Assembly (NCBI GenBank): GCA_002426025.1
Contig: DINP01000102.1
Span: forward strand, 58,189 to 112,430
Origin: Bacteroidales bacterium UBA5537
Lineage (GTDB): Bacteria; Bacteroidota; Bacteroidia; Bacteroidales; Lentimicrobiaceae
Length of the DNA stretch: 54,242 nt
Direction: 5' to 3'
Below, one piece after another: positions 18,000 through 27,552 of the stretch. The notes beneath the pieces are model-generated. The model was not told the DNA's origin and made no database searches. It saw only the letters and a list, made by a program, of their open reading frames with translations. The position numbers were made by a program, and so were the translations under genes. Each line of letters starts with the position of its first letter. Within the stretch, counting starts at the first letter, position 1.

Positions 18000-18719
18000 T
18001 TATCCGACAATATCGTTAATAACTCCTGCTGCACAGAAACAGCCAAATATGGCAGGCATATAGGAGATTGTTCCAACTGTCGATTTTTTATTCAGTTCAC
18101 CTTCTGATAATTGCACAGCCTCGCGTGAAACATCCTCGGGCGAATAAACGGCTTTAAATCCTTTCCAGATGCCGAGTTTGTGAAGGCGTTTGCGCATATA
18201 ATAAGCAAGTTTGCAGTTATTGGTTTTTGAGATATCGGCAATTTTTACCTGCATGGGATCAAACTTTCCACCGGCCCCCATCGAACTGATAAGTGGCATC
18301 CCTAGCCGGATTGTATGGTAAATCAGGTAAACTTTTGGTGAAAGTGTGTCTATTGCGTCCACCACATAATCGTAGCCTTCTTCAAGAATTTCGATCATCC
18401 TCTCGTCCTTAATGTATTCTGCAATTGCATTAATTTTAAGTTCGGGATTGATATCGAGTAATCGTTCAGTTATTATTTCGGTTTTTGGTTTTCCGGTTGT
18501 GCTGATTAATGCTGGCAATTGCCTGTTGCGGTTGGTGGCATGCACCGTGTCGCCATCAACGATGGTAATTCGGCCGATGCCTGCTCTTACAAGCTGCTCG
18601 GCAGCATAGGCGCCTACTCCACCCAGTCCTGCAACCAATATATGGGCATTTTGCAGGCGCTCCATTTTTTGATCGCCTAGTAATAATCGGGTGCGTGCCT
18701 GCCAGTTCTCCTGTCCCAT
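18000..18719 (-). CDS. tcdA: tRNA threonylcarbamoyladenosine dehydratase (ThiF family)
   Basis: VAGLGGVG, DGDTVHATNRNRQ, DAIDT, SSMGAGGK, GTISYMPAIFG; start reassigned to MGQENW because a TACCTTTG promoter box lies at 18742-18749. Confidence 0.9.
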   Translation of the reverse strand: MGQENWQARTRLLLGDQKMERLQNAHILVAGLGGVGAYAAEQLVRAGIGRITIVDGDTVHATNRNRQLPALISTTGKPKTEIITERLLDINPELKINAIAEYIKDERMIEILEEGYDYVVDAIDTLSPKVYLIYHTIRLGMPLISSMGAGGKFDPMQVKIADISKTNNCKLAYYMRKRLHKLGIWKGFKAVYSPEDVSREAVQLSEGELNKKSTVGTISYMPAIFGCFCAAGVINDIVG

Positions 18720-19012
18720 GCTGAGTTTTAATTTGATCGGGCAAAGGTAAAATATAAGAGCTGAAATGTTAGCTCCATTATTGAAAATGGACTGAATAGT
18801 TTGCTGGTTGGGCATTTATACTTATTTTTGAATTTCAATAAACACTACAGTTCCGGCATGGACCGAATTCTTGTCCTTGTTTTCATCGGGTAGCACCCTC
18901 CATTACTTTTTGTCGAAAAAGTATAAATAATATGCCGGCCAGTTAATGTTATTTCTATGTGTTTAGAGGGCAGATTATTAGCCTGATTAATTATTCATCT
19001 AAATAAATCATA

Positions 19013-19825
19013 ATGAATACTGAAAATTTAATTACAGAAATTACCCGTCTTACAGCCGAGTACGGACCCAGACTGATAGGAGCAATTGCCGTTTTTATTA
19101 TTGGTAGCTGGATAATAAAGATATTGACCCGTGGCTTTGGAAAAATTCTCGATAAACGGTCAATTGATTCATCTTTAAAGCCTTTCCTGAAAAGTATTAT
19201 TAGTATTTTATTGAAAATAATGCTGGTAATCAGTGTGTTGGGAATGGTTGGTGTTGAAATGACTTCATTTATTGCGATTCTGGGAGCTGCCGGATTGGCT
19301 GTGGGCCTGGCCCTTTCAGGCACGCTTCAGAATTTTGCCGGTGGGGTTATGATTCTGATTTTTAAACCCTTCAAAGTGGGTGATTTACTTGAAGCGGAAG
19401 GGTACCTTGGAACCGTTAAGGAGATACAGATTTTTAATACAATTCTGGTTACGCCTGATAATAAGACTATTATAATTCCCAATGGCGGCCTTGCCAACTC
19501 ATCTATGACAAACTATTCCACTCAGGAACTCAGAAGGGTTGACTGGACTTTTGGCATTGCATACGGCGATGACGCTGACAAAGCAAAGATGGTTATTAAA
19601 AGATTGTGCGATGAGGATTCAAGGATTCTGAAAGATCCGGAACCGTTTATTGCCTTATCGGCACTGGCTGACAGTTCAGTAAATTTTGCCGTTCGGGCCT
19701 GGGTTAATTCTGGTGATTACTGGGGCGTTTTCTTCGATATGAACGAAAAAATCTACAAAACTTTTGCTAAGGAAGGTTTAAATATACCATTCCCTCAGAT
19801 GGATGTTCATATGATAAAGAGCTAA
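19013..19825 (+). CDS. mscS: Small-conductance mechanosensitive channel
   Basis: LGAAGLAVGLALSGTLQNFAGG, KPFKVGD, IIIPNG, IPFPQMDVH. Confidence 0.95.
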   Translation: MNTENLITEITRLTAEYGPRLIGAIAVFIIGSWIIKILTRGFGKILDKRSIDSSLKPFLKSIISILLKIMLVISVLGMVGVEMTSFIAILGAAGLAVGLALSGTLQNFAGGVMILIFKPFKVGDLLEAEGYLGTVKEIQIFNTILVTPDNKTIIIPNGGLANSSMTNYSTQELRRVDWTFGIAYGDDADKAKMVIKRLCDEDSRILKDPEPFIALSALADSSVNFAVRAWVNSGDYWGVFFDMNEKIYKTFAKEGLNIPFPQMDVHMIKS

Positions 19826-20031
19826 AACCGGCTAATCCTGGTTTTTAACATCTTTGGGTTTTATCAATATAGTTGCTATTTGTGTATTACGATGATAGGC
19901 TTCTATCATAAAGAAGTAGCTGATTCGACTCTGCTACTTTCTTTGCACTTCCGCTAGAGGCAAAAATGATGCAATTTGACTTGTCGGAATACCTTTAATA
20001 TTTCCTATTTTTGCTATAAAGGATTATAGAT

Positions 20032-20847
20032 ATGAGTTTAGACTTTTTGCTTGAATACAATCCTGTATTCTTGGCTCTGGCAGCTACATTATTTACCTGG
20101 GCTCTCACTGCTTTGGGCTCAGCAATGGTATTTTTCTTTAAAACCATCAATAAAAAAGTTCTCAATTCAATGCTCGGTTTTGCTGCCGGGGTTATGATTG
20201 CGGCGAGTTTCTGGTCGCTGTTGAAACCTGCGATTGAGATGTCGGAAGAAAATGGTTCACTTCCCTGGGTCCCGGCCCTGATAGGTTTCCTTTCCGGAGG
20301 TGCTTTCCTTTTCCTGGTTGATAAAATTCTTCCTCACCTTCACCTTGGTCTTTCAATTGATAAGGCTGAAGGAATCAAGACCTCCTGGCAGAGGAGTGTG
20401 CTGCTGATCCTGGCCATAACACTTCATAATATTCCCGAAGGCCTGGCTGTAGGCGTTGCCTTTGGAGCTCTCGCCAACAACCCTGATACCGGTTTGCTTG
20501 CAGGAGCCATTGCTTTAGCAATAGGAATCGGCCTGCAGAATTTCCCCGAAGGTGCTGCGGTTTCTATCCCGCTAAGGCGTGAAGGCTTTTCGAGGCTCAA
20601 AGCCTTTAATTACGGTCAGTTATCGGGCGTTGTTGAACCAATTGCAGGCGTTCTTGGAGCTTATCTGGTTCTGACCATGACCCCTTTGCTGCCGTATGCC
20701 CTCTCTTTTGCTGCAGGTGCGATGATCTTTGTGGTAGTCGAGGAGTTAATCCCTGAATCGCAAACCGGTAACGAAACCGACTTGTCAACGGTAGGAGCCA
20801 TGCTTGGATTTGCTACAATGATGGTTCTTGATGTGGCTTTGGGTTAA
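20032..20847 (+). CDS. zupT: ZIP-family divalent metal transporter
   Basis: AITLHNIPEGLAVG, IGLQNFPEG, FAAGAMIFVVVEELIPE. Confidence 0.92.
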   Translation: MSLDFLLEYNPVFLALAATLFTWALTALGSAMVFFFKTINKKVLNSMLGFAAGVMIAASFWSLLKPAIEMSEENGSLPWVPALIGFLSGGAFLFLVDKILPHLHLGLSIDKAEGIKTSWQRSVLLILAITLHNIPEGLAVGVAFGALANNPDTGLLAGAIALAIGIGLQNFPEGAAVSIPLRREGFSRLKAFNYGQLSGVVEPIAGVLGAYLVLTMTPLLPYALSFAAGAMIFVVVEELIPESQTGNETDLSTVGAMLGFATMMVLDVALG

Positions 20848-20889
20848 ATAACCGGAAATCTTATTTAACAAGTTAGCAATATCTATCTA

Positions 20890-22155
20890 TCAGTTGCCGG
20901 TCTGACTTTTCCATCTCAGTTTCTCCAGGATTTTAACATCTTCCCATGATACAAGACTGATAAAAGCCAGCATAACCCCGCTGATTGATATCGCGAGAAT
21001 CCTGTATGTGTACCAGAAATGACCTGATGAATGGTTGGCTGTGGCAAAATACCAGATGAACGGTAAGAAAGCTACCGACAGGTATAATAAGGCATGCTTT
21101 GTACCTTTGCGATTGAAGTGAAAAATTGCCGGAACTAATAAAGCCAAAAGGATCAGGTTGATAAAGACTAAAGGTAATTGATTGAAATTCAGATTTATTG
21201 CAGACAAACGGCTGTCGTTTACAGATTGAGAGCGTAGGCTTATCTGTTGCTGAACATCAGTAAACAGGTTAAAATCAACCAAAGGAGCCGAAATCCCCCA
21301 TTTTATTGCCCACAAAGAGATGTATCCAATCGCCCACAAAGCTCCCATTGTTACAAGCTGTCTGAATGAAACCCAAAATGGTTTTTCGGTGTTTTTTGCA
21401 TCCAGACTTATCCAGATCAGAGCCGGAATGCCGCAGGTAAGTAGCGGTGCAGTGAGCAGGTCAAAATAGGATGTAACACCACCAATAATAAAAAAGAGCA
21501 GGAATACTGAGTCCGGATTTTTATTAAACCTGCCAATCAGAAATATACCAGAAACCAAACTGATTATTAAAACCGGCGAAAGTTGCATTGAGAACTGCAT
21601 GATGTAAATATTGACAAAGAAAAGTCCGGATAATATGGCCAATGTTTTAAGGACGCCTGTTCTTCTGTAGAGCACAATTGTAAAAACTGAAATCAGTAAT
21701 GATGTCAGGAGATAGATTATCCATTTAAGTTCATTATAATTCGTAAACAGGAAGAAGTAGCGGTAGAAAAAAGTATTTCCGTGCCAGTATCGGGCATAAT
21801 TAATATTTGGTTTGAGGGTGTTGTTATGAATATTGTATTTTAAATTATGCCATTGCGAAATGTATTTACCATTCTGCATTCTGCTTCTGCCCATCAAAGC
21901 AGACTTTAGTGGCTCCTGATTGTCAATGGTGTAAATCATATTCGTAATCAGCCCATCCATAGCATAATCGAGGCTGTGTTTCTGGCCATCAATCATAGGT
22001 TCTGGGTAATCAATAAGACAGTCTACATAACGTATACTTTGCTCGATATTTTTTCTGATTGGTGCATCTGGCAACAAGCTTGAGATAAATGAGAAGGTAA
22101 AAAAAAGTAAAATCAGGATTATAAATGTTTTCAGGTACTTTAAAACTTCTTTCAT
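20890..22155 (-). CDS. Uncharacterised polytopic membrane protein (YARYWHG motif)
   Basis: N-terminal TM, periplasmic loop with NYARYWHG, ~9-10 further TM helices, YFDLLT and NHSxxHFWYTYR motifs; start reassigned to MKEVLK. Confidence 0.75.
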   Translation of the reverse strand: MKEVLKYLKTFIILILLFFTFSFISSLLPDAPIRKNIEQSIRYVDCLIDYPEPMIDGQKHSLDYAMDGLITNMIYTIDNQEPLKSALMGRSRMQNGKYISQWHNLKYNIHNNTLKPNINYARYWHGNTFFYRYFFLFTNYNELKWIIYLLTSLLISVFTIVLYRRTGVLKTLAILSGLFFVNIYIMQFSMQLSPVLIISLVSGIFLIGRFNKNPDSVFLLFFIIGGVTSYFDLLTAPLLTCGIPALIWISLDAKNTEKPFWVSFRQLVTMGALWAIGYISLWAIKWGISAPLVDFNLFTDVQQQISLRSQSVNDSRLSAINLNFNQLPLVFINLILLALLVPAIFHFNRKGTKHALLYLSVAFLPFIWYFATANHSSGHFWYTYRILAISISGVMLAFISLVSWEDVKILEKLRWKSQTGN

Positions 22156-22263
22156 CTCAGATATTTTGTTCTTCTTGTTTAATATTTTTTGCTGCGATAA
22201 AGGTACATTATTAAAAGATTCTGATAAATGAACTGTGATTACCTTAAGTTTCTGCAAACTTTT

Positions 22264-22390
22264 GGGAAAATGGGAAAATGGTAAAATGGGAAGATGGGTA
22301 TGTTTCAGATAATCCGAAATCCTCCCCCGATAGCTCTGGTGCTGCAATTCAATATCATAATTAAAATATTTAATCGTAAATCATAAATCC
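22264..22390. repeat. Octamer (GGGAAAAT x4) and heptamer (AATCGTA/AATCATA-like) microrepeats
   Basis: gggaaaat gggaaaat ggtaaaat gggaagat at 22264-22295; degenerate heptamers at ~22353-22390. Confidence 0.6.
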
Positions 22391-22401
22391 GAAGTCTGCA
22401 A

Positions 22402-25320
22402 TTATTTCAGGCTTTCCAAGAATACTTCTACCGGATGAAATGCCTTCCGGCCCGTGCCATCCATAATCTGATGACGACAACTGGTTCCGGGTGCAGCTAT
22501 GGTAGTGCTTTCTTCTGTTTTTCGTACCTCTGGAAACAAGACTAGTTCGCCCACTTTCATCGAGACATCGTAATGCTCAGCCTCATAACCAAACGAACCA
22601 GCCATGCCACAGCATCCTGATTTGATTTCATCAACTTTATAATTGGCTGGAAGCGTGAGCATTCGCTTTGTTGATGCTGTTGAGGCCAGCGATTTCTGAT
22701 GACAGTGACCATGCAGCCTGATATTTAGTCCGGTATCTTTAAATCGAGTTGTTTTGATATTCCCGGCTTCAACTTCCCGCATAATAAAATCGTCGAATAG
22801 CAGACAATTCTTTGAAAGTTTACGTGCTTTTTCTTTTAACGGCCCTCTTGTCAGATCGAGGTACTCATCACGGAAAGTGAGAATGGCTGAAGGTTCGATG
22901 CCAATCAGCGGATTTTCATCTGACACTAAAGGCTCAAGCAACTGTATATTTTTTTCGGCAATTTTTCCGGCTTTTCTCAATAATCCTTTACTGAGAAAGG
23001 TTCGTCCACTTTCTTCATGATCGGGAATTTCGACACGATAACCCAGTTTGTTCAGCGCTTTTATTGCTGCTATACCAACTTCTACATCATTATAATTGGT
23101 AAACTCATCGGCAAAAAGGTAAACCAGCTTCCCGGTTGCCGGGTTCCCTTTGTTTTTACGCTGCCATTTCCGAAGCGTAGTTTTGTAAAGAATAGGAATA
23201 GAGCGCTTTGCTGCAAAGCCGAGCATCTTTTTCATTATTCCCGAAAGGAATCTGTTTTTCAAGACGAAATTGTAGAACGCCGGGAATATGCTTCCCAGTT
23301 TATTGAAACTGGTAATATAAGCGATCATTTTTGTGCGGAGCGGAACGCCATTGGCATCATAATAATGCTGCAGAAATTCGGCTTTGTATTTGGCAATATC
23401 AACATTCGACGGGCATTCTGATTTGCAGCCTTTGCACGAAAGACAGAGGTCCATTATTTCGTAAATCTCCTGATGATCGAACGGATTTGTTTTTTCTGAC
23501 CTTGTGAGGAATTCACGCAGAATATTGGCCCTTGCCCGGGTTGTTGTATTTTCATCACGGGTAGCCTGATAACTTGGGCACATGGTGCCGGCGAACTGCT
23601 CCGATTTGCGGCAGTCGCCTGAGCCATTACACTGTTCAGCAGCCCTGACGATTCCAAGACTTTCAGAAAAATCGAATACTGTTTCAATTTCTTTGGTTTT
23701 CTGTCCCGCTTCATAGCGAAGGCTGGTATTCATCTTCGGGGTTTTGGTGATCTTCCCCGGATTGAAAATGCCATTGGGGTCCCAGGTGGCTTTGATTACT
23801 TTTAACAGTTCATAATTATGCTTGCCAAGCATAAGAGGTATAAATTCACCACGCAATCTGCCATCGCCATGTTCGCCACTAAGCGATCCTCTGTATTTCT
23901 TCACCAGCTTAGCCGTTTCCAGCGCAACTGTATGGAAAAGGTCAACATCTTTCGGGTCTTTCAGATCGAGCACCGGGCGCAGGTGTAACTCACCGGTGGC
24001 AATATGGGCATAATAAACGCATTCAAGTCCAAGGCGAACAAGCATTTCCCTGAAGTCAGCCATGTATTCCGGCAATACAGCCGGATTTACAGCGGTATCT
24101 TCAATTACTGCCACTGGTTTTTTATCACCAGGAATATTGGAAAGCAAACCCAGACCAGCTTTTCGAAGAGCCCAAACTTTCTTAATGTCAGGTCCGTAAA
24201 TGATAGGGAAGTGATATCCGTAGCCGGCATCCCGCATATCGGCTTCCAGTTTGGCCGCCAGAATATCAATTTCTTCTCTGGTTTCAAGTGCCAGTTCAAC
24301 CACAAGAATTGCTGCCGGGTCACCCTGAATAAAGAAGCGGTTTTTGCGCTGTTCAATATTGTCTTTTGTGCGTTCCAGAATAAAATGATCCATTAACTCA
24401 ACTGCCACCGGTTTGTGTCGCAAAGCGATAAGGTTGGCTTTGAAGGCTTCTTCCAGCGTTTTGCAATGGATGCAGATCAGTGCGTTTTCTTTGGGTGGTA
24501 AAGGAACAAGGTTGAGCTTTATTTCGGTGCTGAAAGCGAGTGTCCCTTCAGAGCCAGCCAGAAGTTTGCAAAAGTTAAAGTCGGGCTTTCCATCGGTGAA
24601 CGGGGCAGTCTCAAGCAAAAGATCAAGGGCATAGCCCGTATTTCGTCTTTCAAGTTCAGGGTCAGGATATTGCGCCCTTATTTCAGCCTGATTTTCTGTA
24701 CTCTGCAGTATCTCCCTGATTGATCTGTAAAGGCTTCCCTCCAGGTTCTGAAGTTCACATTTCTGATCAAATCCAGGCTTATCAAGCGAACCGAAAACGG
24801 CTTCGGACCCATCACTCAGCAGCGCTTTGATTTCGAGGGTGTGGTCGCGGGTGCTGCCATAAACCAATGAATGTGAGCCACATGAATTATTGCCAACCAT
24901 TCCGCCAACCATACAGCGGTTTGAGGTTGATGTTTCGGGCCCGAAAAACAAACCATGTGGTTCAAGCAAATTGTTCAACTCATCAAGCACTACGCCTGGC
25001 TGCACTCTAACCCAGTGTTCCTCAATATTGAGTTCAATTACTTTGGTCATGTATTTTGAAACATCGGCAATTAATCCATTGCCAACCACCTGTCCGGCAA
25101 GGGAGGTGCCAGCGGTGCGCGGAATCAGAGGAACATTCATTTTTGTGGCAAAAGCGATCAGTGCCTTAAGGTCTTCTTCGTCCTTTGGACGGCAGACAGC
25201 AGCCGGCATTTCGCGGTAAGCAGAAGCATCAGTAGCATAAAGAATACGCATACTATCACCGGTGTACAGGTCGCCTTTAAGCTTTGAACGGAGTTCGTTC
25301 CATTTATTGATGGGGATCAT
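22402..25320 (-). CDS. FAD-binding and 4Fe-4S oxidoreductase (YdiJ / D-2-hydroxyacid dehydrogenase family)
   Basis: YATDAS, PRTAGTSLAGQ, GGMVGNNSCG, GEHGDG, CNGSGDC, CLSCKGC, HGHCHQ, CCGMAGSFG. Confidence 0.9.
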   Translation of the reverse strand: MIPINKWNELRSKLKGDLYTGDSMRILYATDASAYREMPAAVCRPKDEEDLKALIAFATKMNVPLIPRTAGTSLAGQVVGNGLIADVSKYMTKVIELNIEEHWVRVQPGVVLDELNNLLEPHGLFFGPETSTSNRCMVGGMVGNNSCGSHSLVYGSTRDHTLEIKALLSDGSEAVFGSLDKPGFDQKCELQNLEGSLYRSIREILQSTENQAEIRAQYPDPELERRNTGYALDLLLETAPFTDGKPDFNFCKLLAGSEGTLAFSTEIKLNLVPLPPKENALICIHCKTLEEAFKANLIALRHKPVAVELMDHFILERTKDNIEQRKNRFFIQGDPAAILVVELALETREEIDILAAKLEADMRDAGYGYHFPIIYGPDIKKVWALRKAGLGLLSNIPGDKKPVAVIEDTAVNPAVLPEYMADFREMLVRLGLECVYYAHIATGELHLRPVLDLKDPKDVDLFHTVALETAKLVKKYRGSLSGEHGDGRLRGEFIPLMLGKHNYELLKVIKATWDPNGIFNPGKITKTPKMNTSLRYEAGQKTKEIETVFDFSESLGIVRAAEQCNGSGDCRKSEQFAGTMCPSYQATRDENTTTRARANILREFLTRSEKTNPFDHQEIYEIMDLCLSCKGCKSECPSNVDIAKYKAEFLQHYYDANGVPLRTKMIAYITSFNKLGSIFPAFYNFVLKNRFLSGIMKKMLGFAAKRSIPILYKTTLRKWQRKNKGNPATGKLVYLFADEFTNYNDVEVGIAAIKALNKLGYRVEIPDHEESGRTFLSKGLLRKAGKIAEKNIQLLEPLVSDENPLIGIEPSAILTFRDEYLDLTRGPLKEKARKLSKNCLLFDDFIMREVEAGNIKTTRFKDTGLNIRLHGHCHQKSLASTASTKRMLTLPANYKVDEIKSGCCGMAGSFGYEAEHYDVSMKVGELVLFPEVRKTEESTTIAAPGTSCRHQIMDGTGRKAFHPVEVFLESLK

Positions 25321-25498
25321 GAATAAACCTTCAGATAGGGATTGGTGACTAAATTTCTGATTTTACCAGTATTCGCCCCCAAATGTATATAATTTATAAA
25401 GATTGAGAGAAAACAGATTATTTTTAATTCATTCAAACCACTTTCAGACAACATTACAAACTGATGCCGATGAATTTGAAAACGGATGAGGATGGTTA

Positions 25499-25530
25499 AA
25501 AAAAATCCCGGCAGAGCTTACTACCGGGAC
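25499..25530 (-). terminator. Intrinsic terminator after the DUF1338 gene
   Basis: Minus strand TCCCGGTAG-taagct-CTGCCGGGA followed by a T-run. Confidence 0.7.
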
Positions 25531-25555
25531 TAAAAGTTTCAACCTTAAGGGAAAC

Positions 25556-26362
25556 TCACTTCTTATAAAAATCAGTACTCTCAAAAATTTTATCGGCCGA
25601 TTTGGCTATAAATCCCGAATAGAGTTTTCCGTCCTTATCGGGATAACGCATGGCAAATTCGTAGTAGCAGGATGGAATCTCGAAAGTTCCTTCCTTAAAT
25701 TTCACCGGAAGAATCCCGGCCATTATGCTCGATTGTTCGAGCAATTCTTCAGGTGTGCCTTTCACTTCACCACCGGAGCTATTGATAATAAAGCCGTTGT
25801 CTTTCAAAAATTGATTGACTTTGTGGATATTGTTATACTTTTTCAGTCCATTGATACTAACTGTAAAATGGTTGGCTCTGAATCCGTAAACATAAACCCA
25901 GGCAGCATATTCCGACTCTTTGCGCAGGGTTTCATAAACTTCATAAGATGGAGTGCCCCAGAGATTTCCAGCATAAACCAGATCGCCTTTACCGGCCATA
26001 CCCGAAGGAACGGCATCAATAAGTCCTTTCACAGTTTCCTGAAGGAAAGGGGAGAACTCTTCAACCAGCAATTCACTGATGAAGACCCGAGGCGCATCTT
26101 TAAAGGTTTTGTGTTCGAAGTGCTTGGCATTCAGTTTTTTCTGCTCAAAATGGTATGATCCCTTGTATTCATAACCCACTTTAAGAAATTCCTGTGAAAG
26201 TACCTCAACATTGATACGTGGATCGTTGAAGGTGCGGAAAGCAATGTGATCGTTGTAAACGGTTTCGCCTTCTGAGGCAAAAAGATCGTAAACGCGTTTT
26301 GCCGCAGGATTCTGCGAAATGTAATCGGCCCAGAGCCTGTCAAATACCTGTTGAGCTTCCAT
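25556..26362 (-). CDS. DUF1338 family protein (2-oxoadipate dioxygenase/decarboxylase HglS-like, VOC fold)
   Basis: NDHIAFRT, NHFTVS and YYEFA give the His/His/Glu metal triad; ends with FIAKSADKIFEST. Confidence 0.85.
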   Translation of the reverse strand: MEAQQVFDRLWADYISQNPAAKRVYDLFASEGETVYNDHIAFRTFNDPRINVEVLSQEFLKVGYEYKGSYHFEQKKLNAKHFEHKTFKDAPRVFISELLVEEFSPFLQETVKGLIDAVPSGMAGKGDLVYAGNLWGTPSYEVYETLRKESEYAAWVYVYGFRANHFTVSINGLKKYNNIHKVNQFLKDNGFIINSSGGEVKGTPEELLEQSSIMAGILPVKFKEGTFEIPSCYYEFAMRYPDKDGKLYSGFIAKSADKIFESTDFYKK

Positions 26363-26437
26363 GAAAATGAAATGATTTTAAAGTTAAGAATGTGAAACAA
26401 TTCAAAAAGCTTAATGTTCATGCTATTTCCAGACGGA

Positions 26438-27439
26438 TCAGAACAAAGCCTTTATCAACTCATCTTTTGTTACATTAAGGAAATAGTCGGGGATTTCAAA
26501 CCCGCTCAAGCTATTTACAATACTACTTTCTTTATGTTCTACACCAGAAAGGGCGTTTTCAATCTCTTCCGGGTCGAGTTTGTTGAAATAATCGCCATAA
26601 AATTTCGCTTTTTCAATGATACCATTGACTACTTCGAGCGATACCTCAAGTTTGCCACCATTGGTTTTTACTGCTTTCTGGAAATTATATCTGGGCGAGT
26701 AACCAAAATTCCATTCCCAGGTGACATATTTCTCATCCCTTAGTTTTGAAATTGCTTTAATGTCCTGATCTGCAAAGGTATAGATTTCTGCGTCGGGAGT
26801 TGATTCCAGAATATGTTGCATAATCAGATCGCGGAATTCGAGCACAGTGAGCGGTGCTTTTAAGTGTTCACTGATGTTGGTAACCCTGCTTCTGACCGAT
26901 TTTACCGCCTTATCCTGAAACTTGGATGGGTCAACTTTCAATGCGTTCGACAAGTCGGTAATCTGCGATGAAAACAGCAGCGTTCCGTGGTGTAAAACCC
27001 TGCTTTTGTAAACATGCTCAGCATTGCCCGAAAACTTACGCCCTTCAATGGTAAGATCGTTGCGGCCTTCAAATCTTGCTTCAATGCCAAGTTTTTGAAG
27101 TACATCAATTATGGGGCGTGTAAATTTCCTGAAATCAACCAATTGGTGATGTTCACCTGAAGCAATAAATGTAAAATTCAAATTGCCCAGATCGTGAAAA
27201 ACGGCTCCACCACCTGAAAGGCGGCGGACAACTTTGATCTCATTTTCCCTGACATAGTCAGCATTGATTTCGGCCAGGGTATTCTGATGTTTGCCAACGA
27301 TAATCGAAGGCTCGTTCCGCCATAGCATAAAGCAATCTCTTTCGAGGTTCTTCAGCACATATTCTTCAGCAGCAAGGTTAAAATAGGGATCAGTTTCCCG
27401 ACGGGTTATACACAGCATTTCAGACATTTTAGATTGCAA
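26438..27439 (-). CDS. lplA: Lipoate-protein ligase A
   Basis: DPYFNLAAEE, VVRRLSGGGAVFHDLGN, GRKFSGNA, HHGTLL, WEWNFG. Confidence 0.95.
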   Translation of the reverse strand: MQSKMSEMLCITRRETDPYFNLAAEEYVLKNLERDCFMLWRNEPSIIVGKHQNTLAEINADYVRENEIKVVRRLSGGGAVFHDLGNLNFTFIASGEHHQLVDFRKFTRPIIDVLQKLGIEARFEGRNDLTIEGRKFSGNAEHVYKSRVLHHGTLLFSSQITDLSNALKVDPSKFQDKAVKSVRSRVTNISEHLKAPLTVLEFRDLIMQHILESTPDAEIYTFADQDIKAISKLRDEKYVTWEWNFGYSPRYNFQKAVKTNGGKLEVSLEVVNGIIEKAKFYGDYFNKLDPEEIENALSGVEHKESSIVNSLSGFEIPDYFLNVTKDELIKALF

Positions 27440-27499
27440 AAATAATGATTTGCATCTCTAAACACTCGGTGGATTTAAAGGTTTGAATTGGTGTAAAAA

Positions 27500-27536
27500 A
27501 AACAAAGGCTGTCAACGCTCTTGACAGCCTTTGTTT
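27500..27536 (-). terminator. Terminator of nrfHA
   Basis: 16-bp perfect stem AAACAAAGGCTGTCAA-cgctc-TTGACAGCCTTTGTTT with flanking T-runs. Confidence 0.85.
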
Positions 27537-27552
27537 TGTTAAAAGTGAAGAA

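Noticed and set aside
17864-18076. 70-aa minus-strand ORF between tcdA and the kinase
   Set aside because: Overlaps the tcdA 3' end in another frame, AT-rich, no motif
19910-19945. Metal riboswitch upstream of the ZIP transporter
   Set aside because: Only a simple AAAGAAGTAGC/GCTACTTTCTTT hairpin is visible, adequately explained as the mscS terminator; no yybP-ykoY or NiCo consensus recognised
22156-22347. 64-aa N-terminal extension of the membrane protein in the ORF track
   Set aside because: Runs through the octamer microrepeat (HLPILPFSHFP); the downstream ATG at 22155 gives a normal TM start
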